This document shows, one piece after another, positions 12,528-25,638 of a DNA stretch of 64,000 nt. The translations under genes were made by a program, and so were the position numbers. The notes beneath the pieces were generated by a model. It was not told the DNA's origin. It searched no databases and was given only the letters and a program-made list of their open reading frames with translations. Numbering within the stretch: position 1 is the stretch's first letter; every line of letters starts with the position of its first letter. Origin of the DNA: the human T2T-CHM13v2.0 reference genome, Homo sapiens; the NCBI RefSeq assembly GCF_009914755.1, contig NC_060932.1; one strand, given 5' to 3'.

Positions 12528-12704
12528 TTTGGGGGAAGAGCATGGACAGGACCTAGAGAGGGTCTGTGGTCTGCTAAGGTTGGAAACAGGGCTGCAGGTG
12601 GGGAAATCAAGGCAGACCCTCTGGAAGGGGAACGGGTCTAGCCACGAGGTACCAGCATAACTACGAGGTGGGGGGCACGTATTATGGGGAGGCTTCAGGG
12701 TGTG

Positions 12705-12840
12705 GGGCCTGGGCCTGCATCCTGTCACCCTATTGACCCTAAGGCCTTGGAAAATCACTCTCTCGGCCTCCCTTTCCTCAGCTGTAAATAACGGGGCTCA
12801 TCCTCGTGCCCCTCGCACTCAGGGCTGCGTCTGAGGTGGA
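12705..12840 (+). mobile_element. MIR SINE fragment
   Basis: ccttggaaaatcactctctcggcctccctttcctcagctgtaaataacgggg. Confidence 0.6.
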
Positions 12841-15059
12841 CCCCACAGGGGAAGAGTCTGTAGCAGGAGGCGGAGTGATGGATGCCAATGTCCAGACAGA
12901 CAGGATGGGAGCTCAGAGAAAGAAGTCTGCCTGCTGGGTGGATGTGAGGGCTTCCAGGGGGTGGTGACCTGGAGCTGGGCCCGGCAGGCTGAGCCAAGCT
13001 TTCTAAGCAGAAGCCCCCGAGAGCAGCACCAGGCGGTGTTAGGTTCAGATGGCCCCTCCTGGTCCCTCCTGTCACCCTGCCCAGCAGGGAACACGGTTGT
13101 CCCCCCAGCTCCCACAATGGCTGCTGATGTGCTGGAATCATCGAACACCACGATTTTTTAGCTCCTCTGCGTGAGTGGCTTTGGCCTGGGGGCAGGGGCT
13201 CAGCTAAGGGGGAGGGCAGGGGAGAGACGGACGCCGATCAGCAGCCACAGGGCTGCCCTCCTCCCCTGCAAGTGCCCAGGGCTTGGAACCATCCAAGAGC
13301 TTCCTGCGGCTACCCCCTCTGATCTGTGAGTGTCCTGGCTTTGCCAACAGCCAGTGGCCCTCCCGAGAGCTGGTAAGGACTAGAAAGAAAGCCACAGAGC
13401 CCTAGGCCTGCTCGGCCCCTCATCATTTAGCACTGGGCTCATTCTGCGGCCGCCTGAAGGGCCTGCAAGCCCAGGGAAGCTGGTCCCATCCTCCAGGACG
13501 GCTTCTCCTCCGTGAGCTCTGCGGGCGCGGGTGCTGCCACAGCTGCTGGGGACTCGCTGCTTTGAATCATCCTGGCTGGAGGGGAGGAAGCAGCCTCCTC
13601 AGAGCTGGGGCTGGCGACAGATTTCTCCTAATTGGCTTCTGAGCTTAGAGACTGACTCTCACAGCAGCGGTGACCGGTGACCGTGAGTCAGATGGGCAGA
13701 GAACAGAGAGGGAGGGAGGGAGGCATCCAGCAGTGCCAGAGAGGGGCTTGCAGCACTCAGGCCACCCTCGCTGCTGCAATGGGAGCCAGCAGGGCAAGGT
13801 CACAGGCGAGTAGGTGACGGCATGGAGCCAGAGGCTGGGCCAGCTGCAGCGCCGGCCAAGAGGAGTGGGGCCAGCCCTGATCTGGAGCCCTAGAGCGAGG
13901 TCAGGCTTCTGGGCCAGTCCTGTCCTTACGCCATGACCAAGTCCTGATATCCCGTGGCTCCGACCCTTGCTCCCACCACGTGGGCTGATCGTGAGATGTT
14001 TCTCGGTCACCTGCCTGGGATCCTTGACCTTGACGTAGGTAAATGAAGACCAAGTCTTACATCTCAGCTTTGCATCATCCCTGCCTCCTCGAGAGCCCAG
14101 CTCCTTGGAGGTCCATGTGCTCCCTGCCCCAATCCACTAACCCTCTGCTCCATGCATTTGTGGGGGCCGTCAGACACTCCGTGCTGATGGGACATTCTAG
14201 AAAAAGCCCCTCCAACACTGTTTCCTGATGCTCACCAGCCGTCTGCTTCCTCCACCCGCATCCCCAGAAAGGAGGCGACTGGTGTGGGGTTCCAGCCCCA
14301 CAGACCTCAGGGCCAGGCTGTACTGAGACATGCTTTCTGGCAGAGCATAGGGTCCTGACCCAGGTTGCAGGCCGAGGTTTCCATGGTGAAGCACATGGCC
14401 CGGCCTCCTTCCTTCCCTGCTCAGCTCTCCTCTCCCTGTCTGCAGGGGCTGCTCCCCGCTTCCTCCCTTCCCTTCTTCTCCTCTTCCCCTCTCCCCTCCG
14501 TGCTCCACGCCCACAGAAGTTGCTTGACACACAGTCAAGGTCTAACGACGCTGACTCAGCCCCGCTGGCCCAGCCACCCCCTCCCCAGCATGGCGCAGCT
14601 CATTTCAGCCCCATGCCCCTGGGAGGCTGACTCACACGACTTCACTCACCCATAATGGGCTTGTGATGGTCGACGGGCCTGGCAGGGAAACAGGCCCTGT
14701 GTTCCTGAGATGACACGCAAATGCCTCCTGCGCGAGGACAGATGTTTGTCATTAGCCAAGATGGGACTGCACGCTACCCTCCTGCACAGCTGGACAGTGT
14801 GGTCCAGCGGCCTCGGTGAGGTCGGGTGTCAGGCTGTTGTCTCGGGTGTGACCCGCTCTGAGGCTTCTCCAGGGATCAGAGGGCAAGGGCTGAATGCCAG
14901 GAAGTGCAGGGCAGGCATGGCCAGGGCAGAGGTGCCCTCTGCTGTGCCCTCCTCTTCCTACATCCAAATCCTTCCCTTCCTGGGGCTTTGACCTCCTCCT
15001 GCAGGCCTGACCTCCTCATCCTGGGACCTGTGGAGAGGGCAGTGTGGCATTTGAAGTGC

Positions 15060-15500
15060 TTTTCAAGGATCTTTTGGTTTCAAGGGACAGAAACCCATCT
15101 CAACTGGCTCAAGCAAAAGAGGGAAGTCCCGGGCACCCCAACATTATCGTCGCTGCCTTCTGTCTCTTCTTTCATCTTCCCTTTGAGAGGCCGCCATTCT
15201 CTGGCAGGCTGGGCCACACCTGGCTTATACGCAAGGATATAGCCAGCACAAGGCGAAGAGGTTTCCTCTCCCCTGACACTTCCAGGGAAAGTCCCCAAAT
15301 GGAGTCCCATGATCACCTCCAAACCAATCACTGAGTCCAGAGGAGAGGCTCTGCTGATGGGCCAGGCAGGGCTGCGTGCTCATGCACAGGTGGGGCCTGG
15401 GGGCATGGCAACATTATACACCACCACGGGGACGGAGCCGGGAAGAGAAGGCTCCCCCAGGAAGTGCTGGGTGCCACCCCAGAGGGGGATGGAGGCTGGG
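15060..15500 (-). mobile_element. Ancient MaLR LTR fragment (MLT1K/L/N-like)
   Basis: ttggtttcaagggacagaaacccatctcaactggctcaagcaaaaga and aaccaatcactgagtccagagg..ctgatgggccaggc resemble old MLT1 LTRs in antisense. Confidence 0.55.
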
Positions 15501-15664
15501 CATGCAAGAGGCCGAGACCTCTACTGCCCAGCTCCTATCTGGCTCTGACTTCAGTTAGCTGCCCTGAGCCCCCTCCTTGTGTCTCTGTGCCCTCCTTTCA
15601 GAAATGGAGCTCAGGCCAGGCTTTCCTCGCCATGTTATCAAGAACACAAATGAAAATATGTGCA

Positions 15665-15797
15665 ACATGTGCCTTGCAGGCTGTAGCATGCAGATGTTAC
15701 ACGTGCCTTGCACACTCTAGCATGTAGACGTTACATGCGCCTTGCAGGCTCTCGAATGCAGATGTTACATGCGCCTTGCACGCTCTAGCATGCAGAC
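15665..15797. repeat. Minisatellite, 34-bp unit x ~4 (ACATGCGCCTTGCAGGCTCTAGCATGCAGATGTT)
   Basis: Four units read directly. Confidence 0.9.
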
Positions 15798-16637
15798 CTT
15801 GTAATAAGATCGGGGTAAGCAATGACAGGAAGAGCAGTAATTCTAGGTGTCCTATGGTGATTCTGAAATGTAAAATCGTGTTAATTTGGCAAAGACAATT
15901 GAAACCTAGAATATCATCCGTGGATGGAAAGTCACTCCCCCACACACAGCATACAGGAACTGGGAGAGTGTGGGGGTGGGAATGAGCGCTCTCCCTTCCC
16001 TGGTGTGGAAGAGGGAGGCAGAGGTTCAGAGAAGTCCTGAGTGGGTCTGACTGTCCCCAGGCCACCCTGCTCCACCTGCCGCTGCCGCCCCGCTGGCTGG
16101 GCCCCTGCTGAGCTTGAGGCCTGGTTTCAGCAAGCTGCCTCGCATGCACTTCATCCTTACTCGTTCAGTCTGCACATCAAGCCTGTCGGGTGCGTATGAA
16201 TGTCAGCCCACTTTACAGACGTGGAAACTGTTTTGCTGCGCCAGCCACTTCTAGAGGGTACCTTCCTCAGCGGGACCACTGCGGTCACCGGCCACATGGT
16301 CAGCTTTAGGCACCACTGTCAGAGGCTGTTAGAATAGGCACAGCTGGGTCTGTGACCCAGGAGCTGTGTAACCTTGCCTAAGTTACCTGACCTCTCTGAA
16401 TGTCAAGTTCCGATCAGTAGAGGGCGAGTGATGCAGCTGGCATCTCAGGCCCCCTATGGGTGCTGTGGGAACAGCCAGCAAGACTGCCTGCCAATGAGAG
16501 ATGGTGGTGGAGTGGGATGAGGCCCCACAACTCCACGCTGTCTAGGTGGGGGGGTGCAGAGGGCTGGGAAGCACTGGAGGGTCCCAGGGCAGGGGTAGCC
16601 ACACTCATGCAGGGCTGCCAGGAGGAGGCTGCTGGGG

Positions 16638-17162
16638 GGACAGGCTGAGGGGACAAGCCAAGGGGACAGGCCAAGTGGACAGGCTGAGTGGATAGGCTGA
16701 GGGGACAGACCTGGTGGACAGGCGGGGTGGACAGGCCAAAAGGACAGGCTGAGGGTACAGGCCAATGAGACAGGCCTGGTGGACAGGCTGAGGGGCCAGG
16801 CTGAGGGGACAGACATGGTGGACAGGCTGGGTGGGCAGGCCGAGTGGACAGGCTGAGGGGACAGGCCAGGTGGACAGGCCAAGGGAACAGGCAAGGGGAC
16901 AGGCCAGGTGACAGGCTGAGTGGACAGGCCGAGGGGACAGGCCGAGGGGCAGGCAAGGGGACATGCCGAAGGGAGAGGCTGACAGGACATGACAGGTGGT
17001 CAGGCCGAGGGGACAGGCTGACAAGACAGGCCAAGGGGACAGGCTGAGGGGATAGGCCAGGTGGTCAGGCCGAATGGACAGGTTGGGTTGTCAGGCTGAG
17101 AGGACAGGCTTGGTGGACAGGCCGAGAAGACAGGCAGACGGGACAGGCCTAGGGGTCAGGCC
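16638..17162. repeat. Minisatellite, 13-bp unit x ~40 (GGACAGGCYRRGK)
   Basis: GGACA recurs at 16638, 16651, 16664 and onward (period 13). Confidence 0.9.
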
Positions 17163-18367
17163 ATCTCAGGGAGTGGTGGCGGGGATATTTGTGCAAACGC
17201 TCAGAGGCCAAGAAACACACTGGTGGGTGGTGGGAGCTAGAGAGCCACCTGGCATGGCTGGGGCATGAGGCTCAAGGAGGGTGCAGGAGGTGGGCCATTA
17301 GATTCTGGCCACAGGGTGGGAGCCATCTATGCCAAGGGCAGTAGTGAAGATTGGATGTGTGAGTCACTGGGGGCCCATAAGGGGCTTAACTTGGGAAGCG
17401 CATAGCCAGGTGGGTGTGTTAGGGACAGCAGGGACTGGCAGGGTACTGGGAGGGGGTGTGCCTTGAGGCGGGGCGACAGAGAGGCTGTGGCTATGTCCAG
17501 AATGGGGCCAGCACCACAGCAGAGGTCTTGGGGGTGGAGGCAGGGATGCACTGGGTGGGATCCCAGGAAAGGACTTCCCAATGCTGCACCTGTAGTCTGT
17601 CCCGGTTCTGTAAATGTAGTGGGGAGTCCCAAGGACGAGTGCTCTATCCAGGCTTGTGCCTCTGCTGGGGGCTGGGGATATGGGTTGGGGCTGTGGTGGG
17701 GACATCTCAGTGGGTGAGCCTAGAAAGAAAAGGGCTGCAGGAGGGACTCACACAGAGGAGCCCACAGAACCTGTCCCCCTGGGGGCCTTCGGGGCCCAGA
17801 GGTCCCTGCCTAGCCAAGTTATTAACAGCATTGGTGGCTGTGGGTGGCATGGCCTGGGCAGGGTCCCCTCTGACTCATGCTGTGCCCTGAGAGGGTTCCC
17901 TTTCTGAAGAGCCCACAGGTGGGCAGGCAGGCTGGCTCCCTGGACAGCCTCGGAAGGGGTGGGCTCCACTCACTCTGCCCTGCTCCCCTCGGCCACCCGG
18001 AAAGGCATCCAGGCCTGTGATTCTGGTCCTGAGGCATCACCAGCCTGGTGTGTGTGTTCCTGCGGGAATGAAGAAGGCAGGCGCCTGGAGCCCAGCACAT
18101 CTGCTGTGGGGGGGACCTCCCTGTCCCCTGATGAGCTGGGCACAGGGGGAACCCAGGTTCTGCTCAGTCCTCCCACCTGGCCTCCGGTGCCATCCACACT
18201 GCCCCTCTGCCTCCTCCCCGGCTGCATGGACTGCACCTTGCCTGAGTGGTCTCCAGAGGTACCTCAAACCCTCTCTGCATCTACTGCACCCTGCCACCCT
18301 CCTCGGCATTCTGTCTGGAGCAGAGCTGCTGCCTCACAGTCCTGGGAAGGATTCACAGGCCTGATGG

Positions 18368-18465
18368 GCCCATTTCACAGATGAAGACACTGAGACTCAG
18401 ATGGGTGGGTGCCAGGGTGGCCTGAGGTCCCTTAGCTCATGAGGGCCCTGGCTTGGGCTCCAGGG
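18368..18465 (-). mobile_element. MIR SINE fragment
   Basis: cccatttcacagatgaagacactgagactcaga. Confidence 0.65.
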
Positions 18466-20050
18466 TGCCATCCTTCCCAAACCCGTGGTCCACTATGGGG
18501 TGTGTGGTGCTTGTGGGGCAGGGCCGGGCTGTGAGACCAGACCGGCACATGGAGTCACGTTCTCACCCTGTGCTCCATGGAGCCCCCAGGTCCACAGTGG
18601 GCCGGGTGTGGGTGGTGTCAGGCCTGTGGGATGGTGGAGGCCAGTGGGACCCAGAATCCCATCCCCACAGCCCCTTCTGATTCGTGGGTGGTCCTGGGCT
18701 TCCTTGGAACAAAGGATTCCAGGCTCAGACACATCTGAAAGCCAGAGTAGGGTCTCCCGGGACCTCCTAGAGGGCAGTCTGTTTGTGGGGGCTCAGAAGG
18801 CTGGGCGTGAGCCCTGGTGGGATCTGAAAGCATCACCTCCAGCAGAGCGAGAGTGCCTGTCCCACACTGGTACTGCCTGGACTTGGGATCTGAAGCTGGG
18901 AGAGGGAAGCATTTGAGACCACCAAGACCAGCATGCCAGCTGTAAGCTCTGCTCCACTGCGAGAGGCAGGGGAGCCTGCAAGACACACTGGCTCCCGGAG
19001 AGGTTTCTGTACTGAGCAAGAGGCTTGGGCTGCAGGCTCCTCTCCCTCTGATGCCCCCCAGATGATACGGTTTCTGCAGCTCACTGGTGTTTCAAATTCT
19101 GAGGTTTAATAAGCTAAGATGCCAGGCTTCTAAGACAGTGTCAAAGATAAGATTTACCTATTTCACCCTAAACTTAATCAGAATAAAATTTGAGGTGATT
19201 TCTAAGAGTCTAAGCTTCTAAAAGGACGCATCCTTAAAATTCTAACACCCTAAGCTGATTTGTGGAGAAGATTGGATGATTCCATGCTTCTGAAAGCCTA
19301 TGCTTCTGAGAGTCTGTGCTTTTAAGAGTCCAATATTCTCTAATTCTGTGTCTTCCATGAGGCCCGAGTGGCCAAGCATGGCTTAGGCGCTGAATGGCGA
19401 CAATGCCCCCGCTGATGGGAGCTGCTGCTAATCTTCCCTTTGAGGGGCTTTGATGAGCTCTGGAGGCAGACGGGCGGCGTCTGAGCACAGCTGCTTCCAT
19501 CAGAGGGGAATTTTGCTGAGCATCGGGGATTCGGAGGCTCAGGAGAGGAGCTAATAGCAGCTGCTTCTGGAGGGCGATTAGAATCTGGGGAGGAGAGAAG
19601 GCGTTAATAAAGCCAAGTGTAAAGCGCAAGGAGACACAGCCCCCAGAAAAATTAGCCACTGAAAAAGCCTCTGTGCCATATGAGTGCACAACACATTTCC
19701 CTCATTCCTACGAGGGTCCCTGCCATCTCCCTCCCAGGCCACTTGCCCCTGAGACCCCTCCTGCAGAGTTAAATCCCATGTCCCCATAATGATTATCCTT
19801 TAGACTGGCAGACTGACACCTCTGGGAAGCCTTCGGCAGAGGGACAGCTTGGGGAAGAGTGCCCCTGCAAAAACTCTCCCTCTCCAGCCAGCAGTGCCTT
19901 GGGTCAGGACTTGGGAGATGAGCCTCTGTGTGTCCCAGGAGGGTCAAGTGTGGGTGTGAGAGGACTGAGGGAGGGACAGAGTTAGGGGCTTCCAGATATG
20001 GCTCAGCAATGTTTCTCCAGGCTGGGGTTCAGTGCCAACATCTCTCTTTT

Positions 20051-20230
20051 CATGCATGCTTTCACTTATTCATTCTTGCACTCATTCATTCATGCATTCA
20101 TTCAACACCAGTGCTGGGCCAGGAACTGTGCCAGGATATCGAGATCAAGATGCCAGCAACATACCTCACAGTGCTCAGAATGTCAGCGTGTCCCAGGTGT
20201 GGTGCAGGCAGAGAGCAGGAGATGGTTCTG
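20051..20230 (-). mobile_element. LINE-2 3' end
   Basis: (ATTC)n tail followed by caacaccagtgctgggccaggaactgtgccagg. Confidence 0.6.
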
Positions 20231-20656
20231 TTTTGCCGAAGGACCTGTGGACCCTGAAGCCTGGGCTGGAACACACTGCAAGGTCACACTGGCTGGGGGG
20301 CATCTCTGTATCCTGAGGCACCATTGCAGCCCGGAGCCTTTCCACCAAGAGTCTCATGAGGGTAGGAAGCAATGAGTGGGCTGTCCTGGCTTGCCTGCTG
20401 GCCAGGCTTCCCGCCCCATTGGTCCCTCCTCTCCCAGCTGCAGCCTCTGCCCGGGGCCTTACCCAGGAGAGATTTAAGGACTTGAAGCATGCCCTGTGGA
20501 CTCCTCAAGATCAAGGATCACGCTCCAGCATCATTCCTGGCCCTAGTAAATGTTGGAGGGTGTGAGACAGCTCCTTCCTGCCCTGTGGCCCTGGGCTTCA
20601 CTGCTGCTGATGGGACTTTGGCCTTGCTCCCTGTGAGGCCCACAGACCCCAGTCTC

Positions 20657-21029
20657 TGCTGTGGTTTGGATGTGGTTTGCCCCCACGAGACCCAGGCCGA
20701 AGTTTAGTTGCCCATGGCAGTGTTGGGAGGAGAGGCCTAGCAGGAAGTGATGGGGTCATGGGGGTGGATGCCTCCTGAATGGACTGGTGCCATCTGGGGC
20801 GTAAGCTCTCACTCTCAGGATGGGGCGAGTTCCTTCTTGTGTTTGGTGCCTTTGCACACCACATTCCTTCCACTTTCCCTCATAAGTTGAAGAGCACCAA
20901 GCCCTCAAGGACGAGTTGCCTGGTCTTGGACTTCACAGCCTCCAGAATCATGGGCCAAATAAACTTTTCTGTATCAATTACACAGCCTTAGGTATTTTGT
21001 TACAGCAAAACACTAAATAGACTAAGACA
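20657..21029 (+). mobile_element. MaLR solo LTR, MST family (MSTB/MSTC-like)
   Basis: Starts tgctgtggtttggatgt; contains gggtcatgggggtggatgcctcctgaatgg and ttggacttcacagcctccagaatc; ends gactaagaca. Confidence 0.85.
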
Positions 21030-23659
21030 GCTTCCCTCTGCCAACTTGGCCCTGGCCTTGTGACTCTGTGGGGTCTAGGTGGCACCTGGTGTGTGAATAC
21101 CTCTACCTTGCTGGGCCCCCCTGAGCCTTTGCTGCCATGATGTACCCACAGCCCAAACCCTGCTGGCTTGGACCTGGCCTGCTGGTCACCATGTCCCTTG
21201 GGTCTGGCATCTTCTTCTCCCTAATGGGCATTCCCCCAGCCTCTGAGGCTTCATCAGATGATTTTCCAGAGTTGGGTGAGCCCTGGCCAGCTTCCCACCT
21301 GTATCTAGAAAGGTGGGAGGCTCCCTGCCCTTGGGCCTTCACCCACCAGAGAACAAAACTCTTGAGTCTGCCCTGGCCTTTGTCCCCTCCCCTTCCCTCC
21401 TGTCTCTTCTATCATGAGGTCAAATGGCTGGGTGAGGTGCAGATGGGGTAGGCCACTTATTCAGGGACTATGTGGTCCTAGGGGTATAGGCACCTGGTCC
21501 TCAGACCCTCAGCATGGGAGGGGTGGTGGAAACCATCTGGCCAGGCTGTTTACCCGACAAAGGAGTTGGCTTTTTACCATGACAGGCCTGCTGGCTGGCT
21601 TACTGTAACTTCTGATGGGGCCAGGAGTTCAACCTGCAGGACTGTCCTTTCCAGGGTGAAGAGCCTTGGCCCGAGGGAAGTCTGGAGCATATGACACTGG
21701 CCTCCGCTACTGGCCTGATGCTGCCCGAGAGGGAGACGATGATGAGTGGCAGGTGTCACATGGGGTTGTGGTGCAGTAGGGCACGCAGCAACCCTACAGC
21801 TCATAACCAAAGCAATGGCTCTGTCCTTGGCAGCACTCAGTCCTAGAAGCCTGGCCAGTCCTCTCAGCAGCACACTGGCAAGGGCAAAGGGTGCGTGCTC
21901 TGAGCAATGTGAGCAGAGAGGGAGAGGGTTCAAGTGCCCCATCCTAACCCTGCAGGCCTGGGGTGGGGGCGTTGACGAGAGGGATGGCTTAGGTTTGCTG
22001 ACTCCAGCATCGGAGAAGCATCCAAGCCTTTGGTCATCATCCTATCTCCCATCCAGGACAGGACAAAGGAGAAATCAGTGCCTCCGTGGAGCTTGAGCTC
22101 ACCTCTGAGGGCACTGGGGATTGGGGCCAGAGCCCCCATCTTTCTGCCCAAACAGTTCCAGAGGCAGGGACTCCTTCCAGATGTGAAATGTGCTGCCCAG
22201 GTGGACGGATTCCCCGCATGTTGCTTGCATCTTGTTCCACAGAGCAGGCTGTCCCTTCTTGAACAAAAGAGCCCTTCAGAGGCTGGAGAGGAGCCTCAGA
22301 CCCCTCAGCCCCACCCTCTCCACGCCTCCCTCCTCCAGGTGACAGGTTTTGAGTAGAGTGTGGGTAGCTGGAGCTGGGGGAGCGGCTGCTTAAGATGCAC
22401 TCTGGGCACTGGGCTTTCTAATTCCCTCTCTGAGGCCTGTGCGGCCGAGATTGAAGAGCAGGTGTTTCCAATTAAATGGGGCCTTTCAATCTCTCCCTGG
22501 GCTGCGACTCCGTGCAGGCTCATTCATTGGCCCTGAACTCGGCTGTATGCAGAATTTCTCTGGGCGGGTGGCTTCAGCAGGCTGAGGCTGCAGAATCCTG
22601 AATTTCAAAGGCAGTTCTGCCCTCTTCTCCACAGCCCCAGTGTGAGCATGCCCAGCTGGTCCAGTGTGCAGGAAATCTCCTTCCCCAGGGTTACCCGGTG
22701 GGTCTTGGTACAGGTCACCCTGACAGGTCTGAGATGCCAGGGAATCCAGTGGCACAGGGAATCACTGCCAGCGGCTCTCAGAGGGCTCATGCTTTATGGC
22801 TACATCTGGCCCCGAGAAATGGGCTCTGGAGGAGGGGAGCAGGCAGCAGGCAGGCCCTGCAGCAGCAGGGGAGCAGCCCGGTGAATTTACAGCCCTTGCA
22901 GTCTGGGTTTCCCAGCTCAGCTGTCAGGGCCTGTCAGACTTAGCACCTTTCAGAATGGGAGGCGGGAGGAGGGGTGCACACAGCAGAAGGCTGGCTGGTG
23001 CCCTGCCAGAAGCCGGGACTGCAAACACAGAGGCACAGAGTCCATAATGAAGGTCATCAGGAGGTTTTAGGATTTATTTGGCATTCCTGTGCCAGGTACT
23101 GAAATACAATAGCACATGTGGAAGGAGTGTGTCTGGGGGCCTGACCAGGGCAAGGCTCAGTAGCCACTGATGCTCGAGCTTGCCTCACAGCTTAGTATCG
23201 TGATTAGGATTGGCCTCAGGACCAGCGTGGAGATGCTAGAGCTGGACAGTCTTGCTCCCGTTTCACAGGAGAGGGTGGTGGGGGTGCGGGTGGGGTTGGC
23301 ACACTTGTGCTTTCTCAAGGTCACGTTGTGGATGCTGTAAAACCAGGGTATGGGGGAGACTGTCTTTGGCCCTGGAAAGGCTGGGACCTGCCCATGGGCG
23401 AGGTCCCATGTGGCCACTGGGGACTATTGGTTCCTACCCCACCGTCCCTCTGCTGGGTTCCCCACCCTGCAGACGTGGGCTCAGCCCCTCAGCATCATGC
23501 CCAGGTATTCAGTCAATCCTGTGATTATCACTGGGCTCTGTGGTTGGCAGAGAGAGGGAGGTCATTCTGCCTCCCTGCCCCCCCAGTGGAGGTGGGAGCG
23601 AGCTGACCGTGGCCCACAGTGGAGAGCAGCTGCAGCGGGGCACACTACTGTCTGGATGG

Positions 23660-24600
23660 CCAGATCTGGGAGGCTTCTCAGGAGGAGTATTTTAAAGGGC
23701 TCTTGAGGAGTGGGTAGAAATTCCATGACCCAAGGAAGGGAAGGGGGTTCCTGTGGGAAGGCAGGGGAGGCAGGGGAGCCCTGGAGAGACGAGGCGGGGC
23801 AGGTGGGAGGGAGCTAGAGTGCGGGTCCTCACACACTGTGCTCAGTGAGCACAGGGCAGTGAGACTCCATTCAACCTCCGGGGTGGGTGCCTAAGGGCCA
23901 CAAGGTCAAAGGTGAGCTTGCATCTGTCTCCAGGCAGCCCTGGGGGCTTGGGCGGCAGGAAGGCGGGAGGTCAATACAATAGCCCTGGTGGGACCCGGGA
24001 GGTGTCCTTGAAGGTTATCTGGGAGCCAGAATGAGGAGACTTGGCCCAGGGCCTCTGTAGCCCACCCCGAGCAGCTGATGGGGAGGGGAGTGAGGAGGCA
24101 GCTGTGGTTCTCACCCTTCACCGTGGCTGGAGGGTCTGGGTGGGAAGGGGGTGCAGGGAACAGGCATATTACACTCTGAATGCGGAGCGGGAAACATGGA
24201 AGGATTCATTGTCGGGAGACTGGGGAGGGATGGGCTCTGCTGGTGAAGGGCTTTGAATGCGCACTGGAGAGTTTTGGTTTTATTCTTCTTGAATTTCCTT
24301 CTTCTAAACAGGGACAGACTTGGGGTCTCTGAGCATGAGCTGGGTGGAGGACTGTACCTGGGCTAGGCCAGGGTTAACTGCCCACAGTGGCAGCCTGATT
24401 CGTCCCAGAGGGGCTCACTCAGCAGGCTGGAGCTCTGTCCAGGCAAGAGGCGAAGAGGGGAAGAGCGGGGCTTGGGGGATGCGAGAGGAACGGGAAGGCA
24501 CCTGGCTACTGCAGACACTGAACCTTCTGGTCTTATGGCCTGGGAGTGTGGGGGAGGCTGCAGGGTGGATGACCAGAGCCCGGGGATGGATGGAGCCTGG
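23660..24600 (-). mobile_element. Degenerate LINE-2 fragments
   Basis: ggaggcttctcaggaggag and gaagggctttgaatgcgcactggagagttttggttttattct resemble L2 antisense. Confidence 0.45.
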
Positions 24601-25279
24601 GGAAGAGCTGCTCTGAGTGTGTGGGGGAGTGGGGAGGGGCTGAGGGAGGGGCCACAGCTGGCCACCACTTTCCACCTTCCACTTTCCACGGCTCCTTCAA
24701 GGCTCCTGCTTGGGGGAAGCCCAGCAGGTGTCACAAGGCCAGAGCCTGGTCAACCAACATGTGACAGGACTGTGGCTGGGCAGAGCAGGGCTCAAGGACT
24801 CACGGGGGCCCAGCCACTGTCACACGTCAGCCCACCCAGAGTCCACTGTGTCCAGAGCTAAGAGGGCGCACGGCACACACGGATCACCGAGGCTGAGTAG
24901 GGTCAGCCACGTGTCCCCTGCACACAACTCAGCAGGGGTGGCACTGGAGGTCAAACCTGCCTCTCTTATTGTCCCCACAACCCCACTGTCCCTACAAGGC
25001 CAGGTGACCCTCCCACAGCCCACATTACACCTGACCCCGCCATCACCCATGCCCTCACGTACTTTCCAGGCTCCTCAGGTGCTCTGTGGGGTCCTCCCTT
25101 CCCTTCCTCCATCCCTGCCTCCCTGCTTGCTGGTCCTGGCGGCCTTGCCTTTGCCGTCCTCTCTATCTGTCACGTCTCAGCCCTTGGCTCATGCAACACC
25201 CCCAAGAGAGGCCATCCTGACCCCATGGACGCCACCACACCTTGGGCTGAAGGGTCTTCTCCACTGCACCCCTCCTTCC

Positions 25280-25638
25280 TGATGATAGATAGATAGATGG
25301 ATATGATACATGGATAGATGACAGATAAATAGATAGATATGATAGGTAATAGATAAATATAAGATAAATATGATAGATGATAGATATGATATAATAGATA
25401 TGATAGATGGATAGATATGATAGATGATAGATGGATAGATGATAGATAAATAGATATGATAGATGATAGATAAATATGAGATAGATAGATGATAGATGTA
25501 ATAACAGATAGGTAGATAAGTAGGTAGACAGTAGATAGGTAGATAGATAATAGATGATATGTAGATAGATAGGTAGGTAGGTAGGCAGATGTAGGGAAAT
25601 AGAGACAGAGAGAGAGAGAAACAGAGACAAAGAGAGAG
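25280..25638. repeat. Compound (GATA/TAGA/GAT)n microsatellite followed by a (GA)-rich tract
   Basis: Seen directly. Confidence 0.95.

Noticed and set aside
13440-13560. NotI site and a few CpGs suggesting a CpG island
   Set aside because: Too short and sparse for a CpG island; no promoter evidence.
14550-14560. GCTGACTCAGC AP-1/MAF-like palindrome (also at 9901-9911)
   Set aside because: Isolated short motifs are expected by chance in 64 kb, and one lies within an L2.
15665-17162. p53-like CWWG half-sites in the 34-bp and 13-bp minisatellites
   Set aside because: Flanks deviate from RRRCWWGYYY and no good paired full site is present.
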